64,000 bases of DNA from Eledone cirrhosa (Eukaryota): contig OZ024750.1 of NCBI GenBank assembly GCA_964016885.1, forward strand, positions 54,994,001-55,058,000, written 5' to 3'. Shown here in pieces: positions 10,153 through 22,874 of the stretch (position 1 is its first letter; every line of letters starts with the position of its first letter). The notes under the pieces were generated by a model, which saw nothing but the letters and a program-made list of their open reading frames with translations, was not told where the DNA came from and did not search any database. A program made the translations under genes and the position numbers.

Positions 10153-11084
10153 TACAATACAAAACCTCTGAGAATGATTTCTAAGATATTTCACCATAAT
10201 TAATTTTCATCAATATATATTAATATTATTATTGTTTATTAGGTCAGGTGGATTGGCCAGAACAATTCTACTCTTCTTTTTTAGATGTCACGATTTTTCA
10301 TGGCATTCCTGAGATCATTAATCTCCAGCTGGAGATCCAGAGACATCTGATGTATGTAGGTGAACCTCAGTCATCCCACTAGGGTCTTACTATGTTTAGG
10401 TATCCACCACAGGAGCCAGCTCATCAGGTCATCCTACCCTCAGCAGCAATGTCCAGCATCTATTGATTTCCGCTCCCTAGTTATTGTGGTAATCTTCGAT
10501 ATCTGGGAATATATTTCTTCTGCTTAAGGGAGTAATAAATATATAGTTTTAAAAAAAACATATATATACACACACATATATATATGTTGTCATTTATAAG
10601 AGTTCTCTATCAAAAGCCTTCTCTATGTCCAAAGCTAAGTATAGTGGCTTATTTTTCTCTAAGAACCTCTTTTGTAGTTGTCTCACTAAGAAGAGGGCAT
10701 CTGTTGCACTTTTCAGCGGCTTAATTAATTAATGAGGTTTAATTAATGAGGAATTTTGAGGTATTTATAACAATTATTAATTATTTCATTACTGAGATAT
10801 CATTTGAAGGACTTACTAATGTTTTTATTTATTAATTATTTTATTAGTAACTTAACATGTGGTTCTTGTATAAAATTATGTTGGAAGATTTTAGGAAGAT
10901 GCTATGTAGCCGGTCGCGGTAAAATAGACGCCCAGGCTATGTAGCCGGTAAGAGTGTCAGACTCCATGTGTTGCGGCCCTTTATGGTCTGAGTTAAGACA
11001 ATTTAAAATCTTTTCCACCATCAATTGTTAAAAAACAAGTTAAAATCATTTTGTCGTCCATTTGTAACGTACGTTACACTTTAG

Positions 11085-11820
11085 TTACATACACATATAC
11101 TATGTTACATACACACATCTACTGTGTTACATACACACACATCAACTGGGTTATATACACACACATCTACTGCGTTACATACACATCTACTGTGTTACAC
11201 ACACATCTACTGTGTTACATACACACACATCTACTGAGTTACATACACACACATCTACTGTGTTACATACACACACATCTTCTGTGTTACATACACACAT
11301 CTACTATGTTACATACACACATCTACTGTGTTACATACACACACCTGTGTTACATACACACACATCTACTGAGTTACATACACACAGATCTACTGTGTTA
11401 CATACACACACATCTACTGTGTTACACACATCTTCTATGTTACATACACACAATCTACTGTGTTACATACACACATCTACTGAGTTACATACACACACAT
11501 CTACTGAGTTACATACACACACATGTACTGTGTTACATACACACATCTACTGTGTTACATACATACACATCTACTGTGTTACATACATACACATCTACTG
11601 TTACATACACACATCTACCGTGTTACACACACACATCTACCGTGTTACACACACACATCTACCGTGTTACACACACACATCTACCGTGTTACACACACAC
11701 ATCTACTGAGTTACATACACATATACTGAGTTACATGCAAACACACATCTACTCTGTTACATATACACATCTACTGTGTTACATACACATCTACTGTGAT
11801 ACACACACACACATCTACTC
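11085..11820. repeat. Minisatellite with a ~20-24-bp unit, ACACATCTACTGTGTTACATAC
   Basis: About 30 tandem degenerate units. Confidence 0.96.
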
Positions 11821-12648
11821 ATACATATTCATAAATAGACACACATTATACAAATAATTATTACATACACACACATCTCTGTAATAATTCAGGAAGGAAG
11901 GGGCTGGTGAAACGCTATAGCAATGTGTGTGTGTTGTGTACCTTTCAGGTTTACCGGTTTCGTAGCCTATTTGAAGATTTTATTATAATTATGAACCTTA
12001 TAATTCAATTAATTATGAATAATTTTGAGCTATTTATCACAATTGTTAGTTAATTACTAACATAGTAACTTACCATATGGTTGTTATATAGAATTTTGTT
12101 GGAAGACTTTAATTTAGATAGGAACCATTTCCATAGTACGAGAACTAATTTTGGCTGGGTTTCTACCAAAAGGGTTAATGAAGAATTTTGAACAATTTAC
12201 TAAAATTATTAATTATTTCATTACTAAGATAATGTGTGAATACACAATTATATGTGTGTATATATATATAAACAGTATATATATATATAGTATATATATA
12301 TATAAACAGTATATATATATATATAGTATATATATATATAAACAGTATATATATAGTATACAAAAGATGTAGTGGGATAGTGTGTAGTCTTAAGACAAGT
12401 CTGTCCAGATAGCTGCGCTGTAACTTACACTTATTGGGACTGTGTGTTGGCAAGCAGGCCTGTATTTTGGGATCTAGCTGGTCCATTATGAGGGAGGTCT
12501 GGTTAGTTGGCAGCACCATGCCTTACTTGTGGTATATGTATGTATAGAAATAAGTTATTGTATATGCATAACTGTCCATCTATATGTATACATGTATGTT
12601 TACTTATATCTTTGCATACATATATACATTTTCAGATGTATACACGTA

Positions 12649-14568
12649 ATGGTCACCCGGATAGTAAACCAAGTCATACAGAATGGGGTTGTTCTGAAGG
12701 ACTGGCGTAGCAGCATCATCATTAACTGTTACAAGGGTAAAGGAGATGCCCTAGATAGGAGTAACTATAGAGGCATTAAATTAATCGACCAGGTCATGAA
12801 GGTCACGGAAAAAGTAATAGCGCAACTAATCAGAGAGAGAATTGATCTAGATGAAATGCAGTTCGGGTTTGTGTCAGGTAAAAGTACCACAGACGCTCTT
12901 TTCATTGTACGACAACTACAGGAGAAGTACCTAGTTAAAAGTAAACCCCTATACTTAGCTTTTGTTGACTTGGAGAAAGCCTTCGACAGAGTCCCCCGTT
13001 CCATTATCTGGTGGGCTCTTAGAAAACTAGGTGTTGAGGAATGGCTTGTGAGAGCTATACGAGCCATGTATAAAGAAACAGTCAGCAAGGTTAGAATTAA
13101 CAACGAATATAGTGAAGAGTTTAGCGTAAAAGTTGGTGTTCATCAGGGCTCCGTCCTTAGCCCCCTACTATTTATTATTGCCCTTCAGGCTATAACAGTG
13201 GAGTTCAAGACCGGCTGCCCATGGGAACTCCTATACGCAGATGATCTAACGCTCATAGCTGAATCAATGGCCGAGCTAGAGAAGAAATTCCAAACATGGA
13301 AGCAAGGCCTAGAATCAGAAGGCCTTAAAATTAACCTGGCTAAGACTAAAGTTCTAGTTTGTAGGAAAGAAAATAAGGCGCCGGTCCCTTCCGGGAAATG
13401 GCCATGCTCAGTGTGTAGGAAAGGCGTAGGTAGAAACTCCATTTTATGTCCCAAATGCAAAGTATGGGTTCATAAAAGATGTAGTGGGATCACAGGTAAG
13501 CTAACTAAGAACATAGATTTTACATGTGGCCGGTGCTCTGGTGCAATAAGTAGCAGCAAGTGCCCACAAAATACTAGCTCTTTCAATTGCGCAGAGGGTT
13601 CTATAGAAATAGTGGACAGCTTCCGTTACCTGGGTGACAAAATCAGCAGTGGGGGAGGGTGCTCTGAAAGTACAGTAGCTAGAGTCAGAACTGGATGGAA
13701 AAAGTTCAGAGAGCTTATACCACTATTAGCCGCTAAAGGGTTCTCCCTAAAAATGAAAGGCAGGTTGTATGATGCCTGCATATGAACAGCAATGTTGCAT
13801 GGCAGTGAGACCTGGGCATTGTGTGCAGAGGATATACGCAGACTAGAGAGGAACGAAGCTTGCATGCTTCGCTGGATGTGTAATAGTAATATATGTGAAC
13901 GGCAAAGCATAAACGAACTAAGGGAAAAATTAGAAATAAGAGGGATCAGATGTTGTGTACTCGAGAGAAGACTACGTTGGTATGGTCCACGTGATGCGGA
14001 TGAAAGACGACAGCTGTATAAAAAAAATGCAGGGCAATAAAGATAGACGGTAGCCACGGAGTAGGCAGACCCAGAAAAACCTGGGACGACTTGATAAATT
14101 CCGACCTCACACACTTACACCTCTCCAAGACAATGTCACTGGACCGAGATCTTTGGCGGTACTCAGTAATAGAGAAGACCCGCCTTACCTAGATACAAAG
14201 TAAAACCTACTACAGTCAGTAGGCACCTCTAACAAAATACACCCCCACCCCATCCACACCGCCCCTTTCAATGTAAAGTTATGTTGGTGCCACAACATCC
14301 AGGCCGAAACAAATGAGGTCGTGTAGGTGTCACGACAAAAAAAAAAAACACAGTCCACGCAGTAATGTGGCCGTGTAGGTAACACGGTAAAAACCTCCCA
14401 GTCCCACACTGTAAATGCGGTTGGTGTTAGGAAGGGCATCCAGCTGTAGAAAACCCGCCAGACAGTCCTATGCGAGCAAGACAACCACTCTTGCCTCAAG
14501 TGGGAAAATTCCCGTCCAAACCCATGCAAGCGTGGAATATGGACGTTAAACGATGACGATGATGATGA

Positions 14569-14572
<4 letters not shown>
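12649..14572 (+). mobile_element. 5'-truncated RTE-clade LINE (RT with Cys-rich finger, 3' UTR, (GAT)n tail), inactivated
   Basis: Motifs YKGKGD..RSNYRGIKL, QFGF, FVDLEKAFDRV, GVHQGSVLSPLLF, LLYADD, FRYLG, HGSETW, RRLRWYG. Premature TGA at 13783-13785, frameshifts after ~13985, tail GACGATGATGATGATGAT. Confidence 0.93.
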
Positions 14573-14608
<36 letters not shown>

Positions 14609-14699
14609 CTTTGACATTTCTTAGAAAAAAAATGAAAAAGTTTTGTGAGAACCCCAATGTTTATTTATTTTATTTTATTTTTAAATAAAATTAATAACA

Positions 14700-15335
14700 T
14701 TAATTTTATTTTGAAATTAGGTTTATAAATATTAATTATCAGCAGACCTTTGTAGCAGTCTTGGCGGCTTAGTGGGAAGTACCAGAGATGGTGAGGTCCT
14801 TGTCTGTAGGTTCAATCCTGGTCTGGGAGTTCAATCATTGCTGTAATGTGTCCTGTTAATCTTTTTTTAAATTTTCCTCAGAAAAAACTGAAAATCTTTG
14901 GTGAGAACCCCAATGTCTATTTATCTAATATAATTTAATTTATTTTATTTTACTTTAGTTAAATTGTCAAAACCACTGGTGATCTAAAGTTAGAGGAGAC
15001 AGATAAAATAGACATATTGTCTCCTCAACCTTTAGATCTTCAGTGTTTTCGACAATTTAACTAAAATAAAAAATTAAATTCAATATAATTAAATAAATAG
15101 GGGTTCTCTTTTTCAAAGAGATATAGAAAGAAAATTATAAAAGATTAACATGACACCTTACATGTATCTCATGGACCAGGATTGAACCTGAGTCCCCAAT
15201 TCAACCCTCAGACCAGGATTGAACACCCAGAACAGGATCTCACCATCTCTGGTACTTCCCACTAAGCTACCGAGACTGATACAAAGATGTACTGAAATTT
15301 AATATTTATAAACCTACTTTCAAAATAAAATTAAA
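14700..15335. repeat. Foldback/MITE-like long inverted repeat centred at ~15010, plus a third direct arm copy at ~15360-15727
   Basis: TTAGTTAAATTGTC..GATCTAAAG..GAGGAGACA (14955-15001) pairs with TGTCTCCTC..CTTTAGATC..GACAATTTAACTAA (15018-15064). GCTTAGTGGGAAGTACCAGAGATGGTGAG (~14767) has its reverse complement at ~15239-15267. Confidence 0.9.
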
Positions 15336-16840
15336 AATAAAATATATATATATATATATTCCTTTGACATTTCTTAGAAAAAAGAACTGAAAAAGTTTTG
15401 TGAGAACGCCAATGTCTATTTATTTTATTTTATTTTTAATTAAATTAGTTATATTTTGAAAGTAGGTTTATAAATATTAATTTTCAATAGACCTTTGTAG
15501 CAGTCTTGGTGGCTTAGTGGGAAGTACCAGAGATGGTGAGATCCTTGTCTGTAAGTTCAATTCTTGCTTGGAGACATGTCTAATGTGTCCTATTAATCTT
15601 TTTTAAATTTTCCTTTTACATCTCTTAGAAATAACTGAAAATCTTTGGTGAGAACCCCAATGTCTATTTATCTAATATAATTAATTTAATTTAATTTAAT
15701 TTAATTTTTATTTTAGTGAAACCACTGTTGTATTCAAGAGACCAGGTGGAGGGGTGGGTCTGCTAGATTCATCGTGGGTAAAGAGCGGTGCTATGAACTT
15801 TTCTGGGTGGGAAATGACAATGGGCTGGGTATACACATACCACCCCACCACCCCACCGTAAAGTGGTCGTGGAGGCGCCACGGCAAAAAAGCACCCAGCC
15901 CGCTCTGTAAAGCTGACGTGGAGGTGCCACGTAAAAAAGAAAAGCACCCAGCACTCACTGCAAACTGGGTTGGCGTCAGGAAGGGCACCCAGCTGTAGAA
16001 ACCAATCCAGAATCAGCTCCCACCCCACCCTTGCAAGCATGGAAAAGCGGACGTATGATGAAGTTGATATATATATATATATATTAGTATATATATACAC
16101 ATACATATGTACACATATACACATACATATATATATATATATACACACACATATATATCAGTGTACATATATATATACATATATATATATATATAAATGA
16201 ATATTTATTCAATTTAAAGCCCCAATTATCTATATATAACAAGATATGAATTTTTCTAGGGATGGGGAAATTTTCAGTTTGTTTTTATATTTTCACTTCA
16301 TTTTTTACTTTCTATTTAATACAGTCTTTGATCCAATATAATCCTGACAGTATTTGAACCAGTTTACCTCATATATATGTATGCACACACAACACTCAAG
16401 TTTCGCCATCTACTGCTATTTCATTCATATTTATTGTTTAATTAACTCTGGTCTAATTCATCAACTATTGTTAATTATATTATTACGTAGATTTCTTATA
16501 AAATCTAGTGCATATATACGTGTATATATACAGGGAGACACTGTGTAATAGATGTAAAGAGAGTGGGAGATAGAGTTATAGAAGTAAAGAGAGGGAGAGA
16601 AATAAGCGGTAGATAGAGCAATAGATGTAAAGAGAGGGTTAGAACGTTCAACTTGACAGTCAGTACATATGCCAACTACCCAACCGGCCAGCCAGCCGTA
16701 TTTGCGGTTGACTGGCCAGTTGGGCGGTTGGTATGTGGAACGTTCAACTATGCAGTCAGTACCAAAGTTCAACATTGTAGCCAGTGCATATGCCGATCGC
16801 CGCGACCTCTTTGCTCTATTTAAATGACCTGGAACTAAGT

Positions 16841-16953
16841 AAAAAGAGTAGGAGATAACTCGACAAGAGCGGAGAGGGTGAGATTCGAACCATGTAAAGT
16901 CGTTGGCTCCTGAACTTCGTAAGCGGGGCTGCTACTGACTGAGCAGCGCCGGC
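16841..16953 (-). ncRNA. Candidate Pol III tRNA-derived small RNA, copy A2
   Basis: Identical to 1119-1231 by eye. Confidence 0.5.
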
Positions 16954-17968
16954 AGCAAGGCAAATCGCGCATAAAATAACGCTTATATCGAGAAAATAAA
17001 ACAAAAATTTCAATGTTGCACTCTTGTTTGTTGTTCTTTTATTTTACGTAAACATTTCGCTGCTCTAGCCTCTTATTTCCTATTAGATTACACTTAATTC
17101 CATTAAACATTCATTCTTAGTCTCGTGGTAAACTATTTCATCTATATTTATATCGCTGTTACAGCCTTTTATTTCTACATCTATCACCTATAGCCACTGT
17201 TACGCCGGTAGTATAAGTAGCTTTATAACAAGAAACGATGATATAACTCCACAAAATGTCTTCTTGAGCAAGACACTTCACCTCATATTGCTCCAGTACA
17301 CCGAGTTACACATAGACAGATACATACATACACATATATATGTACACAAATAGAAATAAGAGGGAGATAGAGTAAAAGATGTAAAGATAGTGTAAAAGAT
17401 TTAAAGAGAGGGTGAGAGTGTGACACACATTTATCTGTCTATCTCTCTCTATTTTAACACCGGTCGTTATAATTAGTTTTATAACACCGCTATATTACCG
17501 ACATGAAAGAGGTAAATAATTATTTCTTAAATGTTTAGAACATGTTTCTCTTGTCTTCTTAAATGTATAGAACATGTTTCTTATTTATATTCTTAACATA
17601 GCTAGGACCTTATCTCATTTACTGGTCTCTACTTTTAGGGCTTTGCTGGTCCCATGTGCCCTCCATGAAGACACACTCGCCCCTTCTCTCTCAGTCTCCG
17701 TACTAATTACTACACATACGTATATATATTTATTTTAAGAAACCTTAATGACAAATAATATAAAGTGTTTGTAAAGTGGGGAAGAGTAGTTTTACGGTGG
17801 GGTTGTTATATAGATATCGTTTTTGCAGTGGGGTCGTGACTGGCGTATAATAATGAGTCACTGTTGATGTATATACAAATCATATTTTGGATATAAGTGA
17901 AGTTATTTAAGAGATTTAGTTGTTTTGTATACATTCCAGTTGTTGTCTCCCTGTTTCTTCTTCAACAA

Positions 17969-19972
17969 CTATAACGGTACGCGATGGGGCCCACCCACAG
18001 CCCCGGCGGACAGAATGGAGAAGGCGTTTCCCCGGAGCACGGCAAGGGAGACGCGCTGGAAAAGCCACTCCAACTCGCGGGGCTCACACCTGCGACTGGC
18101 CAGCTCAGCGCCTATGGTGGTGAGTAAGGAGGTAGCCCTGGGGTCGAGGACACCAGAAGTCTCCACTTCCAGGGGTACGACCGCAAACCTGTCGGAGAGT
18201 GAACGATATGTGAGGAGTTTGGCCCCCTCAGCCTGACGTGCAGCAGAACCTGGGCCAGTCGCAGACTGCACCAGGTTGCGGCTGCAGAAAGTGTCGGTGC
18301 AAGTGGCATCCCAGACGAGGGGTTTGCCACCGCGGAACGGGAAGATGGTCATGCCATCTGGCCTTTTGCCGTCCCCTGGAGCTGGGAAGGGAAGCCTGCA
18401 GCGTCCAAGCCATGCTTAATGATTTCGTTGAGGGCAGCATGGCGTGGATTGCGGCTGGCACTGTGGCGACAGGAAAGCGGGTGGAGGCCGAAAGAGTCCA
18501 TGGTGGAACGGCAGCGACATTGGTGTGAGGCCGAGCCTCAGGGAAACGCCGATGCGCAAGCTATGGTTGTCTAGCTGCGTGCGAGTGGAGAAGGAGGGCA
18601 GGGCATGGAGCCAGGCCCCACTGTGGGGTTTGGAGGCCGCACGAAAACAAACAAGGCGGTGCTGGTCGAGCTGGCACGTGAGCCTGTCTGAGGCCAGGCT
18701 GCACTGGATGGCATCCCAAGTGTGTTGGGGGGACTTGACGTCAACAGGGGGAGAAGGAGGAGGAACGTCTACTGGGCTAAGTCCCAGCCGGTGCCACGTC
18801 TCACAGGCGGCCACGCGTTCTCTGAACACAGAGGGTTCTGTTGTGTTTTGAAGAACCCTGCTGAGGTGGACGTGGTACGAGGTTACCGACGAAAGATACG
18901 CCGGCAAAGCTAGTGAGATCGGGGACTGGAGGCGAAGGTCGCCATACCTGATAGGTAAAGTAGCATATCTCATCGGCTGCTGCTCGGATACAAGTCTGGG
19001 TGTAGCACAGAGTGTATAGAGGAGCTTCGGCATGGCGTAGCAGTTCCTCAGCAGAAAGAGAACTGGGTGGCCATCAATCAAGCCCAGTCGGCTCGTGAGA
19101 GTCTGAACTTGATGGTGGAGCGGATGGCCGGCGGGTGGATCGGTGAGGGCATCCTCTTTGGGGGTCACCTGAACCTGGCGGAGAATGGACCGCACGTCCA
19201 AGACGGAGACTGCAAAGCTTGCAGCATCGAGGCTGACATTCACCACCTCCGACTTGGCTGAGTTGACCTGGAGGTCGATTCCCGCCAGGGCAGGAACCAC
19301 CGATTGAAGGTCATGGCAGACCGCCTGTACGGGCCCACCCAAAGTAGCATCATCCAGATACCAAACGTTGAGAGGGGCCGTTATACTCCGGGCGATGTGG
19401 TCAATACCAAGGGTGAACAGGAGGGGTCCCAAAGGGTTGCCCTGTTGGATCCCAGTAGCCAAGGGTATGACCGTATCAGCAGCATGTCGCATGCTCGGGG
19501 CTCCATATGACAGCTAGGCAGAGGGGGCTCGGCTGAGGCAGGCCTCGAGCAGATGATCCCAGCGTAAAGAGTTGAAGGCATTCCTCATGTCAAACTTGAC
19601 AATGAGGTGGCTGGAGTCCCTGGATGCCGGTTCCGAGTGTTACGGACTTGCAGGTTACCTTGGCAGCCAGCCTCCGGAAGACATTGCCCACAGCAATGGG
19701 GCGTATGCCACCCTCTTTCTTCCTGAGAGCGGTGAAGCTGGCTGAAAAAAAGAGGCCTCGAGCATAAGAGTCCAGGGCGCCATGGATGAGCCTATTGGTG
19801 AGCGCCACAATTGCACTCAGAAGGCGGCGCCCGGCCTCAGCGGAGAGGGGAGATGTCAACTCCTTGAGGAGGCCTGGTCAGAGACCATCAACATCACCGC
19901 AGCTGCTAGCTGGGAAGGACCTGATGGCGGACATGATGTCTGCATCAGAAGCCACAAGGAGCAAGTGTGGAT
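17969..19972 (-). mobile_element. Decayed CRE-like RT/RLE retrotransposon, copy A2
   Basis: Near-identical to A1. Confidence 0.88.
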
Positions 19973-20602
19973 TACAATACAAAACCTCTGAGAATGATTT
20001 CTAAGATATTTCACCATAATTAATTTTCATCAATATATATTAATATTATTATTGTTTATTAGGTCAGGTGGATTGGCCAGAACAATTCTACTCTTCTTTT
20101 TTAGATGTCACGATTTTTCATGGCATTCCTGAGATCATTAATCTCCAGCTGGAGATCCAGAGACATCTGATGTATGTAGGTGAACCTCAGTCATCCCACT
20201 TGGGTCTTACTATGTTTAGGTATCCACCACAGGAGCCAGCTCATCAGGTCATCCTACCCTCAGCAGCAATGTCCAGCATCTATTGATTTCCGCTCCCTAG
20301 TTATTGTGGTAATCTTCGATATCTGGGAATATATTTCTTCTGCTTAAGGGAGTAATAAATATATAGTTTTAAAAAAAACATATATATACACACACATATA
20401 TATATGTTGTCATTTATAAGAGTTCTCTATCAAAAGCCTTCTCTATGTCCAAAGCTAAGTATAGTGGCTTATTTTTCTCTAAGAACCTCTTTTGTAGTTG
20501 TCTCACTAAGAAGAGGGCATCTGTTGCACTTTTCAGCGGCACAAAACCAAACTGCATCTCATACATATACATACATACATACATATACACATACATACAT
20601 AC

Positions 20603-20953
20603 ATCATCATCATCATCATCATCATTTCGTTTTAAGTCCGCTTTTTCCCTGCTTGCAAGGGTGGGACGGGAACTGATTCTGGCTTGATTTCTACAGCTGG
20701 ATGCCCTTCCTAACACCAACCTCATTTACAGTGAGTGCTGAGTGCTTTTTTGCCGTGGCACCTCCACGACCACTTTGCAGTGGAATGATATGGACCCCAG
20801 TCCCTATCATCTCATTTCTACAGCTGAGTAAACTGGAGCAATGTGAAATAAAGTGTCTTGCTCAAGGAAACAACACATCACCCGGTCTGAGAATTGAACT
20901 CACAACCTTTCGATTGCCAGGCCAATGCTCGAACCACTAAGCCATGTGCCTCC
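20603..20953 (-). mobile_element. tRNA-SINE, copy 2
   Basis: Copy of 4881-5231. Confidence 0.85.
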
Positions 20954-21983
20954 ATATACATATACATATACATACACATACATATATATATACATACATA
21001 CATATATACACATACATACATACACATACATACACATATACATACATATACATACATAGATATATATATATACATAATATAAATATACATACATACACAT
21101 ACATAAGCATATACACATAAGTATATATACATATACACACGTATATATACATATACATACATACATATATACACATACATACATATATACATACATACAC
21201 ACATATATACATATACACATACATACATATACATACATATACACATACATACATATATATATATACATACACACACATATATACATACACACACATATAT
21301 ACAAACACATACATATACACATATATACACATACATACACATACATATACATACATATACACATATACACTCATATATACATATACATACATACACACAC
21401 ATACATACATATATACATATACATACATAAAGACAAATCCACCTCATGGACGAGAATGCAAGGGCTCCTCCTCTTTGTTTCGGCCGCGGATGGCTAACCC
21501 TAACCCCATCCCCGCTCCCCACTGCTCCCAACCTCCAAACGCAATCCAAAACTTCAGAGTTGGTACCATTAATGTAGGCACCTTATAGGGTGGCTCTAAC
21601 GAGGTTGTAGAAATGCTTGAACGTAAGGAGGTCGATGTTTGTTGTATTCAAGAGACCAGGTGGAGGGGTGGGTCTGCTAGATTCATCGTGGGTAAAGAAC
21701 GATGCTATAAGCTTTTCTGTGTGGCAAATGACAATGGGCTGGGTATACACATACCACCCCACCACCCCACCGCAAAGTGGTCGTGGAGGCGCCGCGGCAA
21801 AAAAGCACCCAGCCCACACTGTAAAGCTGACGTGGAGGTGCCACGGAAAAAAAAAAGCACCCAGCACTCACTGCAAACGGGGTTGGCGTCAGGAAGGGCA
21901 CTCAGCTGTAGAAACCAATCCAGAATCAGCTCCCACCCCACCCTTGCAAGCATGGAAAAGCGGACGTATGATGAAGTTGATAT

Positions 21984-22022
<39 letters not shown>

Positions 22023-22761
22023 TATATATATACACATATATATATACACACATATATATCAGTGTACATATATATATACATATATATATATATAAATGAA
22101 TATTTATTCAATTTAAAGCGCCAATTATCTATATATAACAAGATATGAATTTTTCTAGGGATGGGGAAATTTTCAGTTTGTTTTTATATTTTCACTTCAT
22201 TTTTTACTTTCTATTTAATACAGTCTTTGATCCAATATAATCCTGACAGTATTTGAACCAGTTTACCTCATATATATGTATGCACACACAACACTCAAGT
22301 TTCGCCATCTACTGCTATTTCATTCATATTTATTGTTTAATTAACTCTGGTCTAATTCATCAACTATTGTTAATTATATTATTACGTAGATTTCTTATAA
22401 AATCTAGTGCATATATACGTGTATATATACAGGGAGACACTGTAATAGATGTAAAGAGAGTGGGAGATAGAGTTATAGAAGTAAAGAGAGGGGGAGAACT
22501 AAGCGGTAGATAGAGTAATAGATGTAAAGAGAGGGTTAGAACGTTCAACTTGACAGTCAGTACAATGTTCAGCATGGTAGCCAGTACATATGCCAACTAC
22601 CCAACCGGCCAGCCAGCCGCATATGCGGTTGACTGGCCAGTTGGGCGGTTGGTATGTGGAACGTTCAACTACGCAGTCAGTACCAAAGTTCAACATTGTA
22701 GCCAGTGCATATGCCGATCGCCGCGCCCTCTTTGCTCTATTTTAATGACCTGGAACTAAGT

Positions 22762-22874
22762 AAAAAGAGTAGGAGATAACTCGACAAGAGCGGAGAGGGT
22801 GAGATTCGAACCATGTAAAGTCGTTGGCTCCTGAACTTCGTAAGCGGGGCTGCTACTGACTGAGCAGCGCCGGC
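22762..22874 (-). ncRNA. Candidate Pol III tRNA-derived small RNA, copy B2
   Basis: Identical to 1119-1231 by eye. Confidence 0.5.

Noticed and set aside
11085-11820. CRISPR-like array, or His/Thr/Tyr-rich 268-aa protein
   Set aside because: The units are contiguous and degenerate with no unique spacers and no cas genes, in a eukaryotic context. The ORFs are artefacts of a stop-poor minisatellite.
12368-12525. Possible host exon between microsatellites
   Set aside because: Complex sequence, but no recognisable protein similarity or convincing pair of splice sites. Left unassigned.
12529-13785. Intact 418-aa RT gene, or a bacterial retron/DGR-type system
   Set aside because: The N-terminal ~40 aa are low-complexity flank. 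The element lacks its endonuclease, has a premature stop and frameshifts, and has LINE (RTE) motifs and a LINE tail.
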